64,000 nt of DNA from Actinomycetes bacterium. Its GTDB lineage: Bacteria; Actinomycetota; Thermoleophilia; Gaiellales; F1-60-MAGs149. Position numbers and translations under genes: made by a program. Within the stretch, counting starts at the first letter, position 1. Each line of letters begins with the position of its first letter. Shown piece by piece: positions 48,737 through 57,382 of the stretch. The stretch lies in assembly GCA_025360225.1 (NCBI GenBank), contig JANYCN010000077.1:12232-76231 (forward strand), written 5' to 3'. A model generated the notes under the pieces. That model searched no databases, was not told where the DNA came from, and saw only the letters and a program-made list of their open reading frames with translations.

Positions 48737-49432
48737 GTGACCTCAGGGCCCGACGAGTGGGTGGGCGTCCTCGTTGAGCCTGCTCAGCAGGGCCCTGCAG
48801 CTGACGTGACCGCGCCCGCCGCGCCGGTACCGCGGCGTCGCCGGCTGCTCGGTGCGCTCGGTCCGTGGGCCGAGCTGGTGGTCGTCATCGCGGTCGCCTT
48901 TGCCCTCGCGATCGGGCTCCAAGCGTTCCTCTTCAAGCCGTACCTGATTCCCTCCGGGTCGATGGAGACCACGCTGGTCAGTGGCGACCGCGTGATCGTC
49001 GTTCGCTTCTGGTACCGCTTCAACGAGGTCGCCCGCGGCGACATCGTCGTGTTCCACCCGCCCGGCAAGGGCGACGAGAAGATCGACCGCGCTCCCGGGC
49101 CCGCGAACGACCTGACGTACATCAAGCGCGTCATCGGGCTACCGGGGGAGTGGATCGGCGGCGCGCAGCAGAAGGTCTGGATCTGTCGTTCCGTGCCCCA
49201 CGATGAGCGGCATCCCGGGTCAGGCTGCCGCGCGTTGAACGAGCCGTACGTCTCCTCCCTGCAGGAGAGCTTCCCGTTCCGCCAGGTCGCCGCTGACCAC
49301 TACTTCATGATGGGCGACAACCGAGACAACTCCGAGGACTCGCGCTTCATCGGCCAGATTCCCGCCGGCTGGATGCTCGGGCGCGCTTTCGTGCGCTACT
49401 GGCCGATCACGCGCGTTGGCTGGGTAGGCTGA
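48737..49432 (+). CDS. lepB: signal peptidase I, paralogue 1 (catalytic residues intact)
   Basis: Box B IPSGSMETTL, box D YIKRVIGLPGE, box E GDNRDNSEDSRF. Confidence 0.88.
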   Translation: MTSGPDEWVGVLVEPAQQGPAADVTAPAAPVPRRRRLLGALGPWAELVVVIAVAFALAIGLQAFLFKPYLIPSGSMETTLVSGDRVIVVRFWYRFNEVARGDIVVFHPPGKGDEKIDRAPGPANDLTYIKRVIGLPGEWIGGAQQKVWICRSVPHDERHPGSGCRALNEPYVSSLQESFPFRQVAADHYFMMGDNRDNSEDSRFIGQIPAGWMLGRAFVRYWPITRVGWVG

Positions 49433-49438
49433 GATCCG

Positions 49439-50074
49439 GTGCTGAAGGCCATCCTGAAGAACCCCGCCGTCGACCTGCTCGTGACGCTCGTCATGGCCGC
49501 GGGCATCGCCTACGTCGTGCAGCTGCTCGTCGTCAAGCCATTCGTCGTGCCGTCTGAGTCGATGGTGCCAACGCTCGCCATCGGCGATCGAATTCTCGGC
49601 GTGCGCTTTCTCTACCACCTGACGAGCCCACAGCGTGGCGACATCATCGTGTTCCACCCAAACGGTCAGGGCGAGGACTCGGCGCCGCCGATTCAGGGGC
49701 AGCCGCGGACGATGGCGGAGCCGTACTACGTGAAGCGCCTGATCGGCCTGCCGGGTGAGGAGGTAGGGTCGCACGGGGGTACGGTCTGGGTCTGCGCACC
49801 GGGTGCCAGGGCGGCTGATCTGGAACATCCAGAGAACACGCGTGGGTGTGCGTACCTGAAGGAGCCGTACACGCATGGACAGAAGACCTGGCAGTACGGC
49901 GAGACGGGGCAGGACCTGTCGCCGATCAACGTGCCGAAGGGCGAGTACCTGATGCTCGGCGACAACCGCGAGCTCTCACGGGATGGCCGGTTCTTCGGCA
50001 CCGTGCTGGAGTCGCAGTTCCGCGCGCGCGCCTTCATGACGTACTGGCCGCTCACCCGGATCTCGTTCTACTAA
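49439..50074 (+). CDS. signal peptidase I, paralogue 2 (catalytic residues intact)
   Basis: VPSESMVPTL, YVKRLIGLPGE, GDNRELSRDGRF. Confidence 0.88.
   Translation: MLKAILKNPAVDLLVTLVMAAGIAYVVQLLVVKPFVVPSESMVPTLAIGDRILGVRFLYHLTSPQRGDIIVFHPNGQGEDSAPPIQGQPRTMAEPYYVKRLIGLPGEEVGSHGGTVWVCAPGARAADLEHPENTRGCAYLKEPYTHGQKTWQYGETGQDLSPINVPKGEYLMLGDNRELSRDGRFFGTVLESQFRARAFMTYWPLTRISFY
49741..50006 (+). repeat. near-identical tract shared by paralogues 2 and 3 (copy 1)
   Basis: Aligned by eye to 50369-50634 (offset 628 nt): 6 mismatches in 266 nt, and only 2 in the central ~207 nt. The 5' halves of the two genes are strongly diverged. Confidence 0.85.
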
Positions 50075-50087
50075 CGATGACGTCCTG

Positions 50088-50702
50088 ATGCTTCGCCGGC
50101 TCCTCGGCCGTCCGTACCTCCTCGTCGTCGTTCCGGGCGCCGCGGTCCTTGTTGCCCTGGTCTGTGGCGTGAGACCGTTCACGGTGCCGTCGACGGCGAT
50201 GCAGCCCGCACACGTGGCCGGTGAGAACCTCGTCGGTGTGCCGATCCTGACGAGCCCGCAGCGTGCTGACATCGTCGTCTTCCACGCCAACGGCCGGGGT
50301 GCCGACTCGTTCCCGCCGACCAAGGGGCAGCCGCGGACGATGGCCGAAACGTCGATGGTGAAACGCCTGATCGGGCTGCCGGGTGAGGAGGTAGCGGCGC
50401 ACGGGGGTACGGTCTGGGTCTGCGTACCGGGTGCCAGGGCGGCTGATCTGGAACATCCAGAGAACACGCGTGGGTGTGCGTACCTGAAGGAGCCGTACAC
50501 GCATGGACAGAAGACCTGGCAGTACGGCGAGACGGGGCAGGCCCTGTCGCCGATCAACGTGCCGAAGGGCGAGTACCTGATGCTCGGCGACAACCGCGAG
50601 CTGTCACGGGATGGCCGGTTCTTCGGCACCGTGCGCGAGTCGCAGCTCCAAGCTCGCGCGTTCATGACCTTCTGGCCGCTCACGCGGATCTCGTTCCTCT
50701 AA
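50088..50702 (+). CDS. signal-peptidase-I-like protein, paralogue 3 (nucleophile Ser replaced by Ala)
   Basis: VPSTAMQPAH where paralogues 1, 2 and 4 have PS(G/E/P)SM. Lys box MVKRLIGLPGE and GDNRELSRDGRF are retained. The 3' half is near-identical to paralogue 2. Confidence 0.8.
   Translation: MLRRLLGRPYLLVVVPGAAVLVALVCGVRPFTVPSTAMQPAHVAGENLVGVPILTSPQRADIVVFHANGRGADSFPPTKGQPRTMAETSMVKRLIGLPGEEVAAHGGTVWVCVPGARAADLEHPENTRGCAYLKEPYTHGQKTWQYGETGQALSPINVPKGEYLMLGDNRELSRDGRFFGTVRESQLQARAFMTFWPLTRISFL
50369..50634 (+). repeat. near-identical tract shared by paralogues 2 and 3 (copy 2)
   Basis: See copy 1. The antisense track ORFs 49220..49876 and 50052..50504 open with the same peptide, which independently confirms the repeat. 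Confidence 0.85.
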
Positions 50703-50709
50703 GGCGAGC

Positions 50710-51333
50710 GTGCTGCTCCGTCGTCTTCTCCGGCACCCGGTCGTGGACATCGTCCGCGTGATCGCGATCGTGATCGCCCTGATCCTCGCGTGCTTCACCT
50801 GGGTCGTGCGCCCGTACTCGATCCCGACCCCGTCGATGGTGCCAACGATCGAGCAGGGCGACTACGTGCTCGCCGCGCGATTCCTCTACCACCTGCGCGA
50901 CCCGGAGCGTGGCGACATCGTCGTCTTCTACCCGAACGGGTCGGGCGGGAACGCCTTCCGTTCGAACACCGCCGCGAGCGAGGCGTACATCAAACGGCTG
51001 ATCGGGCTTCCCGGCGAGGTCGTCGGCTCGCGTGCGGGCCGTGTCTGGGTCTGTGCGGACGATCGCGAGCCAGCCGACCAGAACCACCCGGAGGTGACCC
51101 CTGGCTGTCGGTTTCTCGTCGAGCCGTACGTCCATGGGAAGGCGACGGGCGAGTGTCCGCCGTCTGGCGGTGACCTCACGCCAATCCATATCCCGCCCCG
51201 CCGCTACCTGATGCTCGGTGATAACCGGACCGACTCGAACGATGGCCGCTGCTGGGGGCTGATCCGCGAGAGCCAGATCATCGGCCCCGCCGTCTTCCGC
51301 TACTGGCCGCTCGACCGGATCGGGCCGTTCTAG
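50710..51333 (+). CDS. signal peptidase I, paralogue 4 (catalytic residues intact)
   Basis: IPTPSMVPTI, YIKRLIGLPGE, GDNRTDSNDGRCWG. Confidence 0.86.
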   Translation: MLLRRLLRHPVVDIVRVIAIVIALILACFTWVVRPYSIPTPSMVPTIEQGDYVLAARFLYHLRDPERGDIVVFYPNGSGGNAFRSNTAASEAYIKRLIGLPGEVVGSRAGRVWVCADDREPADQNHPEVTPGCRFLVEPYVHGKATGECPPSGGDLTPIHIPPRRYLMLGDNRTDSNDGRCWGLIRESQIIGPAVFRYWPLDRIGPF

Positions 51334-51349
51334 TGTCGCGCGTCCGCAG

Positions 51350-51558
51350 TTCGTTGACAGCTGCCGGCGAGAAGCGAGTATGGCCAGTGACGGCGACCGA
51401 TCTTGCTGATCGCGGGCGTGCTGGATCGCCCGCCCGCTCGCACGCGTGTCAAGGCGTTCGCCTTGACACGCTACGTGACCGAGCCGGGACGCAGCCTGCC
51501 AGACCGCGCTCGGGCGGGGTTTCAGACGGCGCCTCGCAGCGCCGCGACTGTCAACGAA
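51350..51558. repeat. nested inverted-repeat structure in the 275-bp spacer between paralogues 4 and 5
   Basis: Central perfect palindrome GCGTGTCAAGGCG-TT-CGCCTTGACACGC (51444-51471). Outer 11-bp inverted repeat TTCGTTGACAG (51350-51360) / CTGTCAACGAA (51548-51558), roughly concentric with it. Every arm contains TTGACA. Confidence 0.7.
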
Positions 51559-51608
51559 TCTCGGACGCGCGACACTAGTGCCTCCTCGGACGGCAGGGGC
51601 ATAGCGCG

Positions 51609-52502
51609 GTGGCCGCGCGCCGTCCACGGGCCAGCCGCGTCACCGCGTGGAGCTTCCGGCTCGCGCGCCTCGCACGCTGGCCACGTCCGCTGTTCATCGT
51701 GCTGCTCGTGGCGGGAATCGGAGTGCTTGCGGCCGGCTGGCGCCCGCTCGTCATCGTCGCGGCGGCGACATGGGGTCTCGTCGCTGCCGCGACGATCCTC
51801 GACGCTCGCCTCCGCGGTCGTCACGGCTACATCGCCGGCCTGCTCGCGCTCGCCGGCGGGCCGCTCGTCGCCGCCGCGATCGCGCTCGCGGTGCGCCGGC
51901 ACGTGCGCAAGGTATCCCCCCGGTTTCGCGCCGCGCCGCCGCTCGCTCTCGCCACCTTCCTCGCCGCCCTTGTCGGGCTCACCGCGGCGGGTTTCTGGGT
52001 CGAGAATCGCGTTGGCTTCACCGACGTCGTGCCGTCGGCGGCGATGGAACCGCGCATCCGTCTCGGTGATCGCGTCGTGATCGCGCCGATCATGAAGAAG
52101 GCCCCTCGGCGTGGTGACATCGTTGCGATCGGCCCGTTCCCCGGTGCGGTTGCGGTCACGGGCATCCGGCGGGTCGTCGCGATCGCCCGCGTGCTTGGAT
52201 TACCGGGTGACTGGATCGGCGCGACCGCCGACCGAGGGCTCTACGTCTGCTCGAGCGCGCCCCGCATCACCCGGCAGATCGTGCCGGACGACGTTTGCCG
52301 GTTCCCCGACGAGACGTCGTACATCTCCCGGCAGACCGCGGTCTTCGGCCCGGTCGAGGTGCCGACTGGCACGGTCTTCGTTCTCGGTGACAACCGCCAG
52401 TCGCTCGACGACTCGCGCACGTACGGCCCCGTGCCACGGTCGGCGCTGATCGGGCCGGTCGTGATGACGGTCTGGCCGCTCTCCCGGCTGGCCGTGCGGT
52501 AG
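51609..52502 (+). CDS. signal-peptidase-I-like protein, paralogue 5 (both Ser and Lys of the dyad replaced; extended multi-TM N-terminus)
   Basis: VPSAAMEPRI (Ala at the nucleophile position) and VAIARVLGLPGD (Ala-Arg where KR is expected). GDNRQSLDDSRTYG is retained. About 4 hydrophobic segments precede the domain. The GTG start is uncertain. Confidence 0.7.
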   Translation: MAARRPRASRVTAWSFRLARLARWPRPLFIVLLVAGIGVLAAGWRPLVIVAAATWGLVAAATILDARLRGRHGYIAGLLALAGGPLVAAAIALAVRRHVRKVSPRFRAAPPLALATFLAALVGLTAAGFWVENRVGFTDVVPSAAMEPRIRLGDRVVIAPIMKKAPRRGDIVAIGPFPGAVAVTGIRRVVAIARVLGLPGDWIGATADRGLYVCSSAPRITRQIVPDDVCRFPDETSYISRQTAVFGPVEVPTGTVFVLGDNRQSLDDSRTYGPVPRSALIGPVVMTVWPLSRLAVR

Positions 52503-52520
52503 CGGCCACTCTATGCTGCC

Positions 52521-53183
52521 GTGATGGCCGTCGCTCCGACCCGCCTTCGCCGAGGACGCCAGCCCTTGCGCCGGCTCCTCCGGCACGACCTCGCGCTCGG
52601 CGGGCGACTGGTGGGCGGCGCTGACGAGGCCGGGCGCGGAGCGCTTGCCGGACCGCTCGTCGCTGCCGCCGTTCTCCTCGAACCAGCAGCGCTCACCGTC
52701 GGCGAGCGGCGATCCCTTGCGCGGCTCGACGACTCGAAACGGTGCACGGCGCACGTGCGGGCGGCGCTCCTGCCGGCGGTGCTCGCCGCCGCGCGCGGCG
52801 TTGCAGTCGTCGTCGTGTCACCGGCGACGATCGATCGGTGGAACATCCATGTCGCGAACCTTCAGGCGCTTGCGGACGCGCTTGACGGTCTCGCCGCGCC
52901 GGCCGACGCCGTCCTCGTCTCCGATGGGTTCCGGTTGCCGCTCACCCGTCCCCACGTGGCGGTGATCGATGGTGATGAGAAGTCGGCGAGCGTCGCTGCG
53001 GCGTCGATCGTCGCGAAGGTCACGCGTGATCGCCTGATGACCCGGCTCGATGCGGCGTTTCCTGCCTACGGATTCCTGCGTCACGTCGGCTACGGGACGC
53101 CGGAGCACCTCGAAGCGATCCGTCAGCACGGGCCCTCCGTGCACCATCGGCGCAGCTTCTCGCCGTTCGCACAGAGGACGTAG
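52521..53183 (+). CDS. rnhB: ribonuclease HII
   Basis: GADEAGRGALAGPLVAAAV and DSKRC motifs; conserved position after lepB. Confidence 0.9.
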   Translation: MMAVAPTRLRRGRQPLRRLLRHDLALGGRLVGGADEAGRGALAGPLVAAAVLLEPAALTVGERRSLARLDDSKRCTAHVRAALLPAVLAAARGVAVVVVSPATIDRWNIHVANLQALADALDGLAAPADAVLVSDGFRLPLTRPHVAVIDGDEKSASVAAASIVAKVTRDRLMTRLDAAFPAYGFLRHVGYGTPEHLEAIRQHGPSVHHRRSFSPFAQRT

Positions 53184-53529
53184 CGCAGTCGCCGCCGCGA
53201 ACGATCGACGCTCGGCGTATGGTGCCCGGGGCGAGAAGCTGGCAGCCTGGGCGTACCGGCTGCGGGGCTACCGCATCCTCGGGCGCCGCGTCCGCACGCC
53301 CGAGGGCGAGGTGGACCTGGTGTGCCGCCGCGGTCGAACGCTGGTCGTCGTCGAGGTGAAGCGTCGCCGCGTTGCTGACCACGAGGAGCGGTGGGTGCGG
53401 CGCGGTCAGTTGAACCGTGTGCGTGCGGCGACCGCCTGGCTCGTTCGCGAGCACCGCTGGGCGCGTTCCTCACGCGTCGACCTCGTCACCATTGAGGGCT
53501 GGCGCGTGCGCATCGTCCGCGGCGCCTGA
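53050..53529 (+). CDS. yraN: YraN family (UPF0102) endonuclease-like protein; true start uncertain
   Basis: GARGEKLAAWAYRLRGYRILGRRVRTPEGEVDLVCRRGRTLVVVEVKRR is the YraN core and begins near 53210. The only canonical in-frame start is ATG 53050, which overlaps rnhB by 134 nt. Confidence 0.65.
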   Translation: MRRFLPTDSCVTSATGRRSTSKRSVSTGPPCTIGAASRRSHRGRSAVAAANDRRSAYGARGEKLAAWAYRLRGYRILGRRVRTPEGEVDLVCRRGRTLVVVEVKRRRVADHEERWVRRGQLNRVRAATAWLVREHRWARSSRVDLVTIEGWRVRIVRGA

Positions 53530-53596
53530 CGCTTCCCGCGGACCCTGGTCGATTCCACGCGTCCCGCGTGAGCACGGCCGACTCGATGATCCGTGC

Positions 53597-55099
53597 ATGC
53601 CCATTGCCGTTGCGAACACCGTTGCGATTGAGGGGATTGACGCCGTCCCTGTAGAGGTCGAGGCGCACTTTGACCGGGCCACGGAGTCGAGCTTTCGGCT
53701 CGTCGGGCTACCGGACACCGCGGTGCGCGAGGCCCGAGACCGCGTCCGGTCGGGTATCCGCTCGGCGACGCCGTTCTATCCGACTGGCCACGCGGTGGTC
53801 AACCTCGCACCGAACACGGTGCGCAAGGTTGGACCGTCGTTCGATCTCGCGATCGCCCTCGCGCTGATCGCTGCCGCCGGGCACGTGCCCCCCGGCCCGT
53901 TGCGACGGGTCGCCGTGTACGGTGAGCTCGGCCTCGACGGTCGCGTGCGTCCGGTTCGCGGTGCGATCGTCGCGGCCGAGTCGGCGCGTCGCCTCGAGCT
54001 GGCGGCGTTCCTCTGCGCACCAGAGAGCGCAGGCGAGGCAGCGCTGGTCGGCGGTCTCGCCGTCATCCCATGTGCAACCCTCGCAGACGCGCTCGCCTAC
54101 CTCGACGGGTCTCGGACGATCGAGCCGGCCGCCCCTGCGAGCGCCGCGCTGCTCAACACGGCGCGCACGAGCGACCTGGCGGACGTTCGCGGCCAGCCGC
54201 TCGCGCGCCGCGCGTTGGAGATCGCCGCTGCGGGTGGCCATCACATGCTGATGGTCGGGCCGCCTGGTGTCGGCAAGACGATGCTCGCCCGCCGCCTGCC
54301 GGGGATCCTGCCGCCGCTGGCGGCCGGCGAGGCGCTCGAGGTGACGCGGTTGCACTCCGTCGTCGGCCTGATCGATGCCGGGCACGGGCTCGTCACGTCG
54401 CGGCCCTTCAGGGCCCCTCATCACGGTGCCTCGGCGGCGGCCCTGATTGGCGGAGGACCTGCCCTCCGTCCGGGCGAGCTCTCGCTCGCCACGCACGGGG
54501 TGCTGTTTCTCGATGAGCTTCCCGAGTTTCGTCGCGACGCGCTTGAGGCCTTGCGCGCGCCGCTGGAGGACGGCGTTCTCCGGATCGCCCGGGCGCGCGG
54601 CTCGGTCACCTACCCCTGCACGGCGGCGATCATTGCGGCGACGAACCCGTGCCCATGTGGCGCGCCCGACCTGAGCGGATGCTCGTGCACCCCCGAGCGC
54701 GTCGCTGCCTATCGTCGGCGCATCTCCGGCCCGTTGCTCGACCGCATGGACGTCGGCGTCCGGCTCGCGCGGCCGGCTGCAGAGGTCTTGCGCGGCGATC
54801 GCCCTGAGGGCAGCGCGGTCGTTGCTGATCGGGTGGCGGCGGCCGTCGAGCGCCAGACCGCGCGTGGCGTGGTGCGTAACGCGCGTCTTGACCCGTCGGC
54901 AATCCGCCACGTCGCGCGCCTCGACGACGCGGGGGAGGGAGTCTTGCGACGAGCGATCGAGGGGATGCGGCTTTCGCCACGCGGTGTCGACCGCTCGTTG
55001 CGCGTCGCGCGGACGATCGCTGACCTGGCCGGCGACGAGCGCGTCACCGTCGACCACATCGGCGAGGCGCTCTCGTTTCGGCTCGGCAGCGTCGCGTGA
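53597..55099 (+). CDS. comM: Mg-chelatase-like ATPase YifB/ComM
   Basis: Lon-like N-terminal domain, Walker A GPPGVGKTM, LFLDELPEF, zinc-ribbon-like NPCPCG. ATG 53597; the track ORF from 53417 is an extension. Confidence 0.9.
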   Translation: MPIAVANTVAIEGIDAVPVEVEAHFDRATESSFRLVGLPDTAVREARDRVRSGIRSATPFYPTGHAVVNLAPNTVRKVGPSFDLAIALALIAAAGHVPPGPLRRVAVYGELGLDGRVRPVRGAIVAAESARRLELAAFLCAPESAGEAALVGGLAVIPCATLADALAYLDGSRTIEPAAPASAALLNTARTSDLADVRGQPLARRALEIAAAGGHHMLMVGPPGVGKTMLARRLPGILPPLAAGEALEVTRLHSVVGLIDAGHGLVTSRPFRAPHHGASAAALIGGGPALRPGELSLATHGVLFLDELPEFRRDALEALRAPLEDGVLRIARARGSVTYPCTAAIIAATNPCPCGAPDLSGCSCTPERVAAYRRRISGPLLDRMDVGVRLARPAAEVLRGDRPEGSAVVADRVAAAVERQTARGVVRNARLDPSAIRHVARLDDAGEGVLRRAIEGMRLSPRGVDRSLRVARTIADLAGDERVTVDHIGEALSFRLGSVA

Positions 55100-55965
55100 C
55101 GACACGCATCCTGCGTGGCGGACCCGGCTATCCGCCGCGGCTTGAGGAGCTTCCCGAGCCACCGCCTGAGCTGTACCTGCGCGGAGCCGCAGCCAGCGAG
55201 CGCCTCTTGCGGCTGACCGACTCGCCGTGTGTCGCGATCGTCGGCGCGCGCATGGCCTCTGCGGCTGGCGCCGCGTTCGCCAGTCGGATGGCGCAGGGAC
55301 TGGCGCGCGCCGGCGTCGCGGTGCTGTCCGGGCTCGCGGCCGGCATCGACGGCGCAGCCCACTCCGGCGCGCTCGAGGCCGGTGGCCGGACGGTCGCCGT
55401 GCTCGGCTGCGGCATCGATCGTGACTATCCGCGCTCGAACGCGACGCTCGCGGCACGCATCGCGACCGCAGGGGTGGTGCTGAGCGAGTATCCACCCGGC
55501 GTCGCGCCGGCGCCCTGGCGGTTCCCTGCCCGTAACCGCATCGTCGCCGCGCTCGCCGACGCCACGATCGTGGTGGAGGCCTCGAGGCGTAGCGGCGCGC
55601 TGATCACGGCCGGGTTTGCCCTCGAGCTCGGACGCGAGGTGCTCGCTGTGCCGTCGTCTCCGTGGGTCGATGCCGCCGCCGGCGCGAACGCCCTGCTCCG
55701 GGACGGCGCGACGCCCGTGACCTGTGTCGAGGACGTGCTCGTCGCGCTCGGCATCGACCCGTCGGCGGCAAGCGGGCCGGTCGCCGCGACGATGCCCGGT
55801 GATCCTGGAAAGCTGCTCGCCGCGATCCGCCGCAGCCCCGCCAGCCCGGAGGCCCTCGGCGTTCGCCTGGGCTTCGACGCGCCGCGGCTGGGACGCGCGA
55901 TCGCAACGCTCGAGCTCGCCGGGGCGATCGTCCGCGAACGTGATGGATCTCTCGTAGGCACCTGA
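55096..55965 (+). CDS. dprA: DNA-processing protein DprA
   Basis: VAIVGARMASAAG, LSGLAAGIDGAAH, FPARNRIVAAL. GTGA overlap with comM. Confidence 0.9.
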   Translation: MTTRILRGGPGYPPRLEELPEPPPELYLRGAAASERLLRLTDSPCVAIVGARMASAAGAAFASRMAQGLARAGVAVLSGLAAGIDGAAHSGALEAGGRTVAVLGCGIDRDYPRSNATLAARIATAGVVLSEYPPGVAPAPWRFPARNRIVAALADATIVVEASRRSGALITAGFALELGREVLAVPSSPWVDAAAGANALLRDGATPVTCVEDVLVALGIDPSAASGPVAATMPGDPGKLLAAIRRSPASPEALGVRLGFDAPRLGRAIATLELAGAIVRERDGSLVGT

Positions 55966-56025
55966 TCTCGCAGGTGGCCGGGCTACCATGCCCTGGTTCG
56001 ACCTCCACCACCGCCAGGAGCACCC

Positions 56026-56631
56026 ATGGCCTTCGCGCTGCCGGCCCTCTCGTACGCCTACGACGCCCTCGAGCCGCACATCGATGCGCGCACGATGGAG
56101 ATCCATCACTCCAAGCACCACCAGGCATACATCACCAACGCGAACAACGCGCTCGCCGGAACCGAGTGGGAGTCGAGCTCGGTTGAGGACGTCTTGCGCA
56201 GCCTCGCATCGCTGCCGGCAGACAAGCAGGGGCCTGTCCGTAACAACGCGGGCGGGCACGCGAACCACTCGCTGTTCTGGGAGATCCTCGGCCCGAACGG
56301 CGGCGGCGAGCCGTCCGGCGCCCTCGGCGACGCGATCTCGTCGACGTTCGGCGACGTCGCGACCTTCAAGGCGACCTTCGGCCAGAACGGCGTCGCGAGG
56401 TTCGGGTCGGGCTGGTCCTGGCTCGTCCACGACGGCTCGGGCTTGAAGCTGTACTCGACTGCGAACCAGGACTCCCCGATCAGCGACGGCCACACGCCGC
56501 TTCTCGGCCTCGACGTCTGGGAGCACGCCTACTACCTGAACTACCAGAACCGGCGACCGGACTACATCGCGGCGTTCTGGAACGTCGTCAACTGGGATGC
56601 CGTCGCGGCCCGGTTCTCCGCCGTCGCCTGA
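56026..56631 (+). CDS. sodA: Fe/Mn superoxide dismutase
   Basis: [28 protein letters not shown] and the signature DVWEHAYYL. Confidence 0.93.
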   Translation: MAFALPALSYAYDALEPHIDARTMEIHHSKHHQAYITNANNALAGTEWESSSVEDVLRSLASLPADKQGPVRNNAGGHANHSLFWEILGPNGGGEPSGALGDAISSTFGDVATFKATFGQNGVARFGSGWSWLVHDGSGLKLYSTANQDSPISDGHTPLLGLDVWEHAYYLNYQNRRPDYIAAFWNVVNWDAVAARFSAVA

Positions 56632-56662
56632 TCCGCGCGCGGAAGCTATCCTGTAGAGACCG

Positions 56663-56735
56663 AGGGGCGTAGCTCAGCTGGTAGAGCATCGGTCTCCAAA
56701 ACCGAGGGTCGCAGGTTCGAGCCCTGTCGCCCCTG
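56663..56735 (+). tRNA. trnW: tRNA-Trp (anticodon CCA)
   Basis: Folded by hand. Acceptor AGGGGCG/CGCCCCT, D arm GCTC-AGCTGGTA-GAGC, anticodon arm TCGGT-CTCCAAA-ACCGA, T arm GCAGG-TTCGAGC-CCTGT, discriminator G. 73 nt; CCA is not encoded. Confidence 0.93.
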
Positions 56736-56747
56736 CCTCGTGGAACA

Positions 56748-56791
56748 CGGGAATCCCCTGCATTCGCAACGAATCCGGGGGGTTCCCGTTT
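56748..56791 (+). terminator. intrinsic terminator-like hairpin after tRNA-Trp
   Basis: CGGGAATCCCC (56748-56758) pairs with GGGGGTTCCCG (56778-56788) with one G-U. There is an inner ATTCG-CAA-CGAAT hairpin, and TTT follows. Confidence 0.6.
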
Positions 56792-57039
56792 CACGTCCGG
56801 GACGCTTGGCGACGCCTGGATAGCCCCTTCTGGCTGTAGCGCTACACCATTTACTACACCAAATCGGCCTCTCGGCCGTCTCGACGACGGCACCGGGACG
56901 CCGCTCGAGCGTCTGACGATTCGCCGATCGTCCGTCGTCGTTCTCGAGCTCGAGACGCCGCGACGAGCGCCAGGATCGCTGGGCGTGCCTGCGGGCGTCC
57001 GTTGACGTGTTCTGCCGGGGCGCGGCGCCGTGTTGAGCG

Positions 57040-57234
57040 GTGCCCTTGACGCCGGATCGCGGGGCGTACCTCGAGGAGTCGGTCGCCTCGAGCCGTGATG
57101 AGTACTACGCCGGGCGGGTTCGGCCACAGGACGGACGGACGTTCTCACCTGGTTGGACGATCGTGAGCCGCGGCTGGAATACGGAACCCGGGATCACCTC
57201 GAAAGCGGACTCCGAGAGTGGGTGTGGTCAGTAA
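57040..57234 (+). pseudogene. possible relic of a MobF/TrwC-type relaxase N-terminus
   Basis: The 64-aa ORF reads ..GAYLEESVASSRDEYYAGR....SPGW... This resembles, from memory, the relaxase start 'YY.RSVA....DYYAGRGE.PG.W.G'. It stops after 64 aa with no catalytic domain. Confidence 0.3.
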
Positions 57235-57382
57235 CGCTTGAAGAAGCGCCAGCACCTGTTCGGTCGACCGTTCAGTCATTGACCCACGTGTTCAGTGACC
57301 GGCGGATCTATCTGAGGTACTCGCCTAGGTAGTCCGCGGCTGTCCTTTCAGTACCTGGCGGGGCAACGTATGCTGCGACGGC

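Noticed and set aside
51403-52080. 225-aa ORF spanning the palindromic spacer and the 5' part of peptidase paralogue 5.
   Set aside because: It is Ser/Arg/Pro-rich with no motifs. The alternative frame (51609..52502) encodes TM segments plus the signal-peptidase boxes.
56588-57148. 186-aa minus-strand ORF overlapping the sodA end, tRNA-Trp and the region beyond.
   Set aside because: It is an Arg/Pro/Ser-rich low-complexity translation that runs antisense through a tRNA gene, so it is implausible as a gene.
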